This document shows positions 49,439 through 56,913 of a stretch of 64,000 nucleotides of DNA, one piece after another; within the stretch, counting starts at the first letter, position 1, and each line of letters starts with the position of its first letter. Below the pieces are notes generated by a model that was not told the origin of the DNA, made no database searches, and saw only the letters and a program-made list of their open reading frames with translations. This DNA is from Deltaproteobacteria bacterium (GTDB lineage Bacteria > Myxococcota_A > Polyangia > Polyangiales > Ga0077539): assembly GCA_947477565.1 (NCBI GenBank), contig CANJUR010000015.1, positions 13,470 through 77,469 on the forward strand, in the 5' to 3' direction. The position numbers and the translations under genes were made by a program.

Positions 49439-51460
49439 TCAGTGCGCGGCGGGCGCTGCGAGAGCGGCGTCGATGCGGCGCTGAAACTCCTCGAAGGGGA
49501 GCGCTCCTGCGAAGAACTTGCCGTTGATGAAGAAGGCCGGGGTGCCGATCTGCGCGCCGGATCCGTCCGCGGCGGCCATGTCGGCGCGGATGCCGGCCTG
49601 GTGCGTGTGGCCGTCGAGGGCCGCTCGGAAGCGGGCCATGTCGAGCCCCTGCTCCGTGGCGTAGCGCTCGAGGTCGGCGCGCTCGATGTGCTCCTGGTTC
49701 TCGAACAGGTGGTCGTGAAAGCGCCAGAACCCCTGGTTGCCGCGCTGCGCGAACGCCTCCTGGGCGGCCTCCGCGGCGAGCATGGCGTTGTTGTGGAAGG
49801 GGAGGGGATAGTCACGCCACACGAACCGCACCTGGGTGGGGTAACGCGTGCGGATCTGGGCGATCTGCGACGCGACGCGCGAGCAGAACGGGCACTGGTA
49901 GTCGGAGAAGTGCTCGATGACGACGCGGGCGTTGGCCGGACCGAAGTTCGGGGCGTGCGCGTTGGGGCGAACGGTGTAGACGCGGTTCTCGTCCTCGGCG
50001 GGGGCCGCCGGGGTGGGGGCCGCGGCCGCCGCGCCGCCGCCGGTGCGGCGGACGGTGGTGTCGGCTTCGGCCATCATGCGCTCGTAGAGGTTGGCGCGCG
50101 TGGTGCCGGGGTGCGTGCGGAGAAACTCCTCGGCCTTGGTCTTGACCTCATCGATGAGGGTCACGAAGGCGGCCTCGGGCTGCGCGCCGACGAGGCGGCG
50201 GCCGTTGACGAAGAAGTGCGGGGTGCCATTGGCCTCGACCTGCTGCGCAAGGGCGTGGTCAGCGTCGATCGAGGGGATGTGCGTGTGCGCGGTCATCGCG
50301 GCGGTGTAGCGAGCGATGTTCAGGTTGGCCTGGGCTGCGTACCGATCGAGGTCCGGGCGGTCGAGCGCCGTCTGGTTACCGAACAGGATGCCGTGCATCT
50401 GCCAGAAGCCTGCGCTGCCGCGTTGGGCAAAGGCCTCCATGGCAAGCTCGGCGGCCGGGCGGGCCTTGTCGTGGAAGGGGAGCGGCTCGTTCTTCCACAC
50501 GATGCGGATGTCGTTGCCGTAGCGGGTGCGAAGCGCGTCCATGGTCGGGTTGACGCGCGAGCAGAAGGGGCACTGGAAGTCCGAGAAGACCACCACGGTG
50601 ACGAGGGCGGTGTTGGGGCCCTGCACCGGGGAATTGCCCACCGGAATACGGAGAACCTGCGCCGGATCGGGCTCCGCCGGCCGCGCGGGCGGGGTCGGGT
50701 TCGACGGGGCGGGCGCCTCACCCGCGACGGGGTCGGCCACCATGTTGGCGTACACGCGGTTGCGCGGCTGGATGGTCCGCGCGCGGGCGAGCACCTGGTC
50801 GATGATGGTCTTGAACCGATCGAACGGCTGGGCGCCGGTGACCTGGGTTCCGTTGATGAAGAAGTTCGGCGTGCCCTGCGCGCCGACGGCCGTGGCGAGC
50901 GCCTTGTCGCGATCGATGGCGGCCACGTGGGTGTGGCTGCTCATCGCAGTGCGGAAGCGAGCCATATTCAGGCCGATCTGGCCCGCGAGGCGCTCCAGGG
51001 TGGCGGTGTCGAGGTTCGTCTGGTTCTGGTAGAGCAGGCCGTGCATCAGCCAGAACTTGGCGTTGCCGCCCTGGGCGAAGGCCTCCATGGCGGCCTCGGC
51101 CGCGGGGGTGGCGTTGTTGTGAAACGGCAGCGGCGCGTTCTTCCACACGATGCGAACGTCGTTGCCGTACTGCGTGCGAATCTGGCGGAGGGTGTCCTCC
51201 ACCCGCGTGCAGAACGGGCACTGGAAGTCCGAGAACTCCACGATGGTGACGAGTGCGTTGGCGGGGCCCAGCGACGGCGATGTGCCGACGGGAACCCGCA
51301 CGGCATCGACCATGTTGGGTCCGTTGGCGGTGTTGGCGGAGGCCTCGACGGCGACGTCGCCGCCGGGCTCTGCAGGTGCCTTCGAGCCCGTGATGTTTCC
51401 CACCACGAACCCGAGCACCAGCGCCATGATGATGGAGATGGCAGATGCTCCCTTGCTCAC
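49439..51460 (-). CDS. Membrane-anchored protein with three tandem DsbA/thioredoxin-like domains
   Basis: N-terminal TM ISIIMALVLGFVVG. Three CPFC sites (FSDFQCPFCTRV, FSDFQCPFCSRV, FSDYQCPFCSRV), each followed by VWKN.PLPFH and ending G(T)P.FFINGK. GTG start at 51460 with GAGGA 7 nt upstream. Confidence 0.85.
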   Translation of the reverse strand: MSKGASAISIIMALVLGFVVGNITGSKAPAEPGGDVAVEASANTANGPNMVDAVRVPVGTSPSLGPANALVTIVEFSDFQCPFCTRVEDTLRQIRTQYGNDVRIVWKNAPLPFHNNATPAAEAAMEAFAQGGNAKFWLMHGLLYQNQTNLDTATLERLAGQIGLNMARFRTAMSSHTHVAAIDRDKALATAVGAQGTPNFFINGTQVTGAQPFDRFKTIIDQVLARARTIQPRNRVYANMVADPVAGEAPAPSNPTPPARPAEPDPAQVLRIPVGNSPVQGPNTALVTVVVFSDFQCPFCSRVNPTMDALRTRYGNDIRIVWKNEPLPFHDKARPAAELAMEAFAQRGSAGFWQMHGILFGNQTALDRPDLDRYAAQANLNIARYTAAMTAHTHIPSIDADHALAQQVEANGTPHFFVNGRRLVGAQPEAAFVTLIDEVKTKAEEFLRTHPGTTRANLYERMMAEADTTVRRTGGGAAAAAPTPAAPAEDENRVYTVRPNAHAPNFGPANARVVIEHFSDYQCPFCSRVASQIAQIRTRYPTQVRFVWRDYPLPFHNNAMLAAEAAQEAFAQRGNQGFWRFHDHLFENQEHIERADLERYATEQGLDMARFRAALDGHTHQAGIRADMAAADGSGAQIGTPAFFINGKFFAGALPFEEFQRRIDAALAAPAAH

Positions 51461-51763
51461 AAGATCCTCTGTTCCATGGTCAGTGATTCGTAGGAGGCGA
51501 CGCGCGACGCTGACCGTCCTCACGCGGAACCTTATTAGGGAAGAAGACATTCATGTGCCCAGTGCGCGGGCGCTCTCTGTTCCCACCACGACGACGCACC
51601 GGACACGTTCACTGGCGTCAGTGGTGAGAGTTCCATGGCGCGGTGCGCGCAGACCTGTCGACGGATCGACCGATCGCGACACCCGCCATTGCAGTCAACG
51701 CATCACGGACGATGGGCGGCCAGAGAGGGCCACGGTACGTACTTGGTGAAGAATTGACTGCAG

Positions 51764-52186
51764 TCAGGCGCTGGGCGGGCGCCAGGGAGACCGCGCCAGA
51801 CCTGTCCGCGGACTGCCATGGAACTGCGCCGCCGGGTCGAACACATCGACCGCCTGCGGAGGGATTTCTACGATATTAGAAGTGATTTCGACCGGCTCGT
51901 GATGCATGTCCCAACGGCTCTGGTGCCGCGGAGCGTCGGGTCGATCGACCTGACAACCGGGCTGCGTGGGATCACTGCAAAGAGTCGGTGCCTGCGAGCG
52001 TGACGGGAGCGCCGGGGCAGCGAACTGCTTGCCAGTCTTCACGTGCGAACTCACCTGGTCGTTGGCCACCGGGCGGTGACTCGCAAGGATGCCGTAGCAT
52101 CGGGCCCGCACCTGCTGCGCAGACGCCAGCCCACCCGTGAACATCACGGCAAAGGCGGCGCAGAGGGCGAGGAGGAGTGGACGCAT
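51764..52186 (-). CDS. Possible small secreted protein
   Basis: Signal-peptide-like MRPLLLALCAAFAVMFTGGLASAQ. GC3 is only moderate compared with neighbouring genes, and I recognised no family. Confidence 0.35.
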   Translation of the reverse strand: MRPLLLALCAAFAVMFTGGLASAQQVRARCYGILASHRPVANDQVSSHVKTGKQFAAPALPSRSQAPTLCSDPTQPGCQVDRPDAPRHQSRWDMHHEPVEITSNIVEIPPQAVDVFDPAAQFHGSPRTGLARSPWRPPSA

Positions 52187-52269
52187 CCGGTGTTTGAGTT
52201 GCTGGGACTAACCGATCGTGGACCGTTGCGCAACCACCGGGGTCACGGGAGCTATTCCCAACAATATTC

Positions 52270-52321
52270 CTACAAATAAACACAGGGGACGAACCGCAGC
52301 CAAAGCCTTGGATCGTCCCCT
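52270..52321 (-). terminator. Candidate Rho-independent terminator (minus strand)
   Basis: A 9-bp stem, AGGGGACGA (52284-52292) paired with TCGTCCCCT (52313-52321), with an inner CCAA/TTGG pair. On the minus strand the hairpin is followed by GTGTTTATTTGTAGG. Confidence 0.35.
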
Positions 52322-52437
52322 GAGGAGGAAGCAGCGCCCGCCGCGCCATCGCGGAGGGGGGTGGGAACTTACCCGCGGACCCTGGGCACTGAACCTACAT
52401 TGGAGAGACGAGATTGATGATTGCCCATTGTGTGTCT

Positions 52438-52671
52438 TTACCTCCCGCGGCGATGCCGCAGCCCGAGGGACGCTGGGAGTGATCCCAGTCCACATTCCGA
52501 GCCTTCGAGTGAAGTGGAGCCGGTACGCACCATGCGCCCGCGCTCGAGTTGCATCGCCAGGAACACTCGCGTGTTCAGGACCATTCCCGGGTTACACATC
52601 CACCCGGCGACCTCCGCGGTGAACTCCTCCGGACCCACGCGGTCTACGCCCTTGCAAAGCAAAACCGTCAT
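52438..52671 (-). CDS. Possible small CDS or gene remnant (77 aa)
   Basis: Starting from the ATG at 52671 (MTVLLCKGVDRVGPEEFTAEVAGWM...), the central about 50 codons show high GC3. The terminator-like hairpin lies about 115 nt downstream. No family recognised and the RBS is weak. Confidence 0.25.
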   Translation of the reverse strand: MTVLLCKGVDRVGPEEFTAEVAGWMCNPGMVLNTRVFLAMQLERGRMVRTGSTSLEGSECGLGSLPASLGLRHRRGR

Positions 52672-52840
52672 GAGTCCATGACAAGCGCACAACGTTCAAA
52701 ACAACTGTATCACTGCGATGAGCAGCGCGCCACGAGACTTCCTGGAAGCCTGTGACGCACCCTGTCCTTGCGCATCCATAGGATCATCGCTCAAGGGCAC
52801 AAGTTGACGAGACAGATAATGTCACCGCTAGTGACAGGGT

Positions 52841-53425
52841 ATGTCCTTCATGAGATGGCGCTCGCTCGTGGAAGTCTCTAGCTTTGCGGTCATGAACACC
52901 GCGTCGCAGCCCCTCTTCTCGACTGCACACTACCGCTGGATCGAAGGTCCGCCGGGGCTGCACCCGCGCGCCGTGGCGGTCGCATCAAGGCGGGCATTGG
53001 TGCGAGAGCGCTTCTACACCGCGGTGCTACCCGACCTCGCACGCCGTGGCGTCCCGCGGCAGGTGCGCGGCATCGGGGTGCGCGGTGGGTCGTCGAGGGC
53101 AATCTGGTCTTCGTGGAAGATGCCCGGCGAAGAGCGCGTGCTGTGGGCGCTGCAGGTCAGCACCCGCCAGGTGCGCGGCGCCACCGGGCATCGGACGCCC
53201 GCCAACGACGGCTACGTCCTGGCCGCCTGGGGCGACGGTCCCGTGATCGCGTGGGCCAACGATCTTCCCGTCGTGCGTGAAGTACTGCGCGAAGCGCTCG
53301 CGACGCTGCCCACCTGGCTGTGCGGCGGGGTGGTGTCTGGTGATGCGACGCTGCCGCTGCGCATCGTTCCGGTTATGGCCGACGCAGGGCGCGCAGCGTG
53401 GTCGGATCGAGGTTGTGCTTCTTGA
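52841..53425 (+). CDS. Hypothetical protein
   Basis: Fairly high GC3 over 190 codons. The start is ambiguous (52841, 52850 or 52892 MNTASQ). The 3' end overlaps the convergent sigma-54 activator gene by about 50 nt. Confidence 0.4.
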   Translation: MSFMRWRSLVEVSSFAVMNTASQPLFSTAHYRWIEGPPGLHPRAVAVASRRALVRERFYTAVLPDLARRGVPRQVRGIGVRGGSSRAIWSSWKMPGEERVLWALQVSTRQVRGATGHRTPANDGYVLAAWGDGPVIAWANDLPVVREVLREALATLPTWLCGGVVSGDATLPLRIVPVMADAGRAAWSDRGCAS

Positions 53426-54800
53426 AGAGTTCGCGGAGATACCGACGATCGACCCCTGAGCGCCGCGCGGCTTCGGACAGGTTGCAGCCCGCGCGCTCGA
53501 AGAGCTTGAGCAGGTAGTCGCGTTCGAAGCGCTCCACCGCGGCTTGTTTCGCATCCTGAAAGGGCACCTCGGCCTCCACTGCCGAGCCTGCCGTTGCAAG
53601 ACTCATTTGCAGGGTCTCGGGCATCACGAGATCCTGGTCGTCATCATCATCCAGACTGTTGATCACCGTGCCCGGGGTTGGACTCAGCATGACCGCGCGC
53701 TCGATGACATTGCGTAGTTCGCGCACATTTCCCCGCCAGGGGCGCGCCACAAGCAATGCCATCACCGCCGGGGAGAGCACTGCGCCGCCCACCGCGCGGG
53801 CGAAGTGCTGCGCGAGCGCAGGAATGTCTTCGACGCGCGACCGCAGCGGCGGAACCTTGATGCGCCCCACTGCGAGTCGGAAGAGGAGATCCTGGCGGAA
53901 GCGACCGGCCTGCACTTCCGCTTCGAGGGCGCGGTTGGTCGCGGCTACTACACGGACATCCACGTTGCGGTAACCGTCACCCCCGACGGGCTTCACCTGT
54001 CGCGCTTCGAGCGCGCGCAAAAGGGCGGGCTGCAGTTCGAGCGGGAGTTCGCCGATCTCGTCGAGGAAGAGGGTCCCGCCGTCCGCGCGGCGGAAGGCCC
54101 CCTCGGTGGACCCGACAGCGCCGGTGAAGGCGCCCTTCACGTGACCGAATAACTCGGAGGCAATGAGGTTGGGGGACACTGCCGCGCAGTCAAAGACCAC
54201 GAGCGGGCGCCCGGCGCGTGGGGATTGCTGGTGCAGCGCGCGTGCGATGACCTCCTTGCCCGTGCCGGTTTCACCCTCGATGAGCACGGTGAGGTGCGAC
54301 GGCGCCATCTTCGCGATGCCGGTGCGTAGCCGGTGCATCGCCGGCGAGTCGCCGATGAGTTCGTTGCGCTCGCCCCGCGCGACCGCCCTGGCCGGTGCGA
54401 TCGTCGGTGGTGGGGCCAGGATTGCGGGCGAGGTGACGTCCGTGAAAGGCGCGTCGTCACCCACGCGGATGCTGATGGTCACCTGCTTGCCGAGCATCAG
54501 CGTGACCTCGCCGGTCACCTTGAGTTCGCGGATGCGCGCACCCTGGTAGTGGGTGCCGTTCTTGGTGTCGAGATCAACCACCTCCACTCCGTGCGGATAG
54601 ATGCGGATCTCGATGTGGACTCGCGATACGAACGAGTCCTGGATGACGATCTCGTTGCCGACGTCGCGGCCCACGCGCACGACGCCCTCGCGCGCACGAA
54701 ACGGCGACGGAACCCCTGGTGACACCACCTCCACGTAGCGCGTCGGCGGGGGGCCCGCGCGTCGGTTCGGCACCGTCATCGTCCGGTCGTTCTCGCTCAT
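53373..54800 (-). CDS. Sigma-54-dependent transcriptional activator with N-terminal FHA domain
   Basis: FHA region ([22 protein letters not shown]...DLDTKNGT). AAA+ region with [14 protein letters not shown] and ESELFGH-like SELFGH. C-terminal Fis-type HTH ([22 protein letters not shown]). Confidence 0.9.
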   Translation of the reverse strand: MSENDRTMTVPNRRAGPPPTRYVEVVSPGVPSPFRAREGVVRVGRDVGNEIVIQDSFVSRVHIEIRIYPHGVEVVDLDTKNGTHYQGARIRELKVTGEVTLMLGKQVTISIRVGDDAPFTDVTSPAILAPPPTIAPARAVARGERNELIGDSPAMHRLRTGIAKMAPSHLTVLIEGETGTGKEVIARALHQQSPRAGRPLVVFDCAAVSPNLIASELFGHVKGAFTGAVGSTEGAFRRADGGTLFLDEIGELPLELQPALLRALEARQVKPVGGDGYRNVDVRVVAATNRALEAEVQAGRFRQDLLFRLAVGRIKVPPLRSRVEDIPALAQHFARAVGGAVLSPAVMALLVARPWRGNVRELRNVIERAVMLSPTPGTVINSLDDDDDQDLVMPETLQMSLATAGSAVEAEVPFQDAKQAAVERFERDYLLKLFERAGCNLSEAARRSGVDRRYLRELFKKHNLDPTTLRALRRP

Positions 54801-54822
54801 CCGCGCGAAACCTATACCCCTC

Positions 54823-55791
54823 TCAGAGCCACTTCTTGTAGCGGAACCACAGCCCCATTGAGCTGCCCACCAGCACCATCAGTCCCAGCGCGAAGGGGTA
54901 GCCGTATCGCCAGTGAAGTTCGGGCATGTGGTCGAAGTTCATCCCGTAGACCCCGGCGATGAACGTGAGCGGCAGCATGATTGTCGAGACCAGGGCGAGG
55001 GTTTTCATCACCTCGTTCATCCGGTTGGACGTCTGCGAGAGGTACGCGTCGAGGGCGGCGGAGAGCAGTTCGCGGTTGCCCTCCGCGAGGTCGACCACGC
55101 GCACGAAGTGGTCGTGGATGTCGCGGTAGAAGGGCAGCGCCCGCTCGGGAATCTGTTCGAATTCCCCACGCGAAAGCCGTTGCAGTACCTCGCGCTGGTG
55201 CATCGCCGTCCGCCGAAGGCGCTGCAGTGCGCGCTTCAGTCGGAAGATTCGCGGGACGATGTCGCTCGAGGTGCGTTCGACCACGTCGGTCTCGAGAGCG
55301 TCGATCTCCTCGTCGAAGGCTTCGGTGACTGGCAAGTAGAGGTCCACCATCCGATCGATCACCGCGTGGGCGACGAAGGCCGGACCGCGCTCCATCATCT
55401 TTCCGTTGCGGGCGAACTCCTCGGCTACCGCTCCCGGGGCCTTGAGTGGTCCCCGGTGGTGCGTGAGCAGCCAGCGCCGCGAGAGCACCACGTCGAGCTC
55501 CACGGTGACCACGTTCTCGATGTCAGCGTCGGGGCACTCCACCCCGTGGATGACCATGTAGAGGTAATCGCCATAGTCCTCGACCTTCGGGCCGGGCCGG
55601 TCGAGGAGAATGTCTTCGACTGCGAGCGGGTGCAGCTTCAGGACGTCCGTCAGCAACGCACGCAGGGGCTCTTCGATGCTCGTCGTGTCGATCCAGAAGG
55701 TCTCTTCGGAGTCCAGCAGGCCGCGCACTTCCCCGAGGTCGGCGGTGCTTCTGACCCCGGTGGCAGTGCGTACATGGATCGTCGTGGTCAT
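54823..55791 (-). CDS. corA: Magnesium/cobalt transporter CorA
   Basis: YGMNF motif (GVYGMNFDHMPE), two C-terminal TM helices, and 322 aa from the ATG at 55791. Confidence 0.9.
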   Translation of the reverse strand: MTTTIHVRTATGVRSTADLGEVRGLLDSEETFWIDTTSIEEPLRALLTDVLKLHPLAVEDILLDRPGPKVEDYGDYLYMVIHGVECPDADIENVVTVELDVVLSRRWLLTHHRGPLKAPGAVAEEFARNGKMMERGPAFVAHAVIDRMVDLYLPVTEAFDEEIDALETDVVERTSSDIVPRIFRLKRALQRLRRTAMHQREVLQRLSRGEFEQIPERALPFYRDIHDHFVRVVDLAEGNRELLSAALDAYLSQTSNRMNEVMKTLALVSTIMLPLTFIAGVYGMNFDHMPELHWRYGYPFALGLMVLVGSSMGLWFRYKKWL

Positions 55792-55874
55792 CTGTGCTCG
55801 TCGCCACGATAGCCGATCGTGAGATGGGAGATGCGGCCCTCCTCGGAGGGGTGGTACGGTCAAGAGAGGTGACG

Positions 55875-56855
55875 ATGCCTGACGAGCGCCGAACCCCCGG
55901 TGCCCCAATCCGAACTGCCTCTTCGCCGCGCGACACGGTGGTCGATCGCGTGGCCAATGGGACGCCGGAGTCGTTGCGCACCATTCCATTGGAAGATGGC
56001 CGTTCGCTCCGAGACGAGCTGCACCACGCCATCAAGGACGCGCGGCGTCCGTCGGTGGTGGTGATGTCCGGCGGGGCGGTCGGGGCGCGGGCGCGGCTCT
56101 CGGGCAACGCGAGCCTCGGGCGCGACCCCACCTGCGAGGTGGTGCTCCCGGACTCAGGAGTGTCCTGGCGGCACGCGCGCATCGAAGACCGCGGCGACGC
56201 GTGGGTGCTCGTTGACCTTGGGAGCACCAACGGCTCGCAGGTCAACACCACCCGGTGCTCGGAGAGTCCTCTGGCGCACGGCGACCGCATCACTCTTGGG
56301 CGAACGATGGTGCGCTTCGAGATGCAAGATCCGCTCGATCAGGCCTACGACGAGCACCTTGAGCGGCTGCTGCACATCGACGACCTCTCGGGGCTCTTTG
56401 TGCGGCGGCGCTTCGACATGGAGCTCGCCCGAAGCCTCGCCACAGCGACCTCGCTCGGAAAGAGCGTCGCCCTGCTGGTGATGGATATGGATGGCATCAA
56501 GGCCATCAACGATCGCCGCGGTCACCTCTTCGGGGCGTACACCATCGGAGAGACTGGGCGGGTCATCGGGAGGGTGCTCGGCGATCGGGGAATCGGGTCG
56601 CGGTTCGGGGGCGATGAGTTCTGCGCGCTGCTGCCAAACCACGATCAGGATCAGGGGTTTGCGTTGGCCGGGGAGATTCTCGCGGCGGTCAATGCCCACG
56701 CCTATGTCCGGGAGGCGGTGACGCTGCATCCGGGGATCTCCATCGGCGTTGCGGCCTTCCCGAAGGACGCAGACGATGCCGAGAAGTTGTTTCAGCGCGC
56801 CGATGAGGCGCTCTATCGGGCGAAGCTGGGAGGGCGCAACCGAGTGATGCGCTAG
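55875..56855 (+). CDS. FHA domain-containing diguanylate cyclase (GGDEF)
   Basis: FHA region (LGRDPTCEVVLPDSGVSWRHARI...LVDLGSTNGS), then DDLSGLFVRRRF and the active site RFGGDEF. Start is the ATG at 55875, preceded by GAGAGG. Confidence 0.85.
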   Translation: MPDERRTPGAPIRTASSPRDTVVDRVANGTPESLRTIPLEDGRSLRDELHHAIKDARRPSVVVMSGGAVGARARLSGNASLGRDPTCEVVLPDSGVSWRHARIEDRGDAWVLVDLGSTNGSQVNTTRCSESPLAHGDRITLGRTMVRFEMQDPLDQAYDEHLERLLHIDDLSGLFVRRRFDMELARSLATATSLGKSVALLVMDMDGIKAINDRRGHLFGAYTIGETGRVIGRVLGDRGIGSRFGGDEFCALLPNHDQDQGFALAGEILAAVNAHAYVREAVTLHPGISIGVAAFPKDADDAEKLFQRADEALYRAKLGGRNRVMR

Positions 56856-56913
56856 TCGGTGCGTCCCGGTCCCGCAACGAGAGCCCGCGACGACGGGCGG
56901 TGGATGGTGAGCG

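Noticed and set aside
52284-52400. AGGAAGCAGC string after a hairpin, reminiscent of the SRP (4.5S) RNA domain IV motif.
   Set aside because: The 5' strand lacks the conserved AGG of the symmetric loop, the putative tetraloop is GAGG rather than GNAR, and the flanks do not pair into the long SRP helix.
52796-52809. GGGCACAAGTTGAC as a possible sigma-54 -24/-12 promoter next to the FHA-sigma54 activator gene.
   Set aside because: With the required spacing, the -12 element would read GACG or TGAC rather than TTGC. TTGAC fits a sigma-70 -35 box better.
46398-52840. Search for tmRNA (ssrA) near smpB, and for RNase P RNA in the low-GC islands.
   Set aside because: I found no GGGG...TTCGAC 5' end, no tRNA-like T-arm plus CCACCA 3' end, and no GAGGAAAGTCCGGGC-type CR-I motif on either strand. 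The nearest look-alike, GAGAAAAGTCCCCTG on the minus strand near 24730, deviates in the invariant positions.
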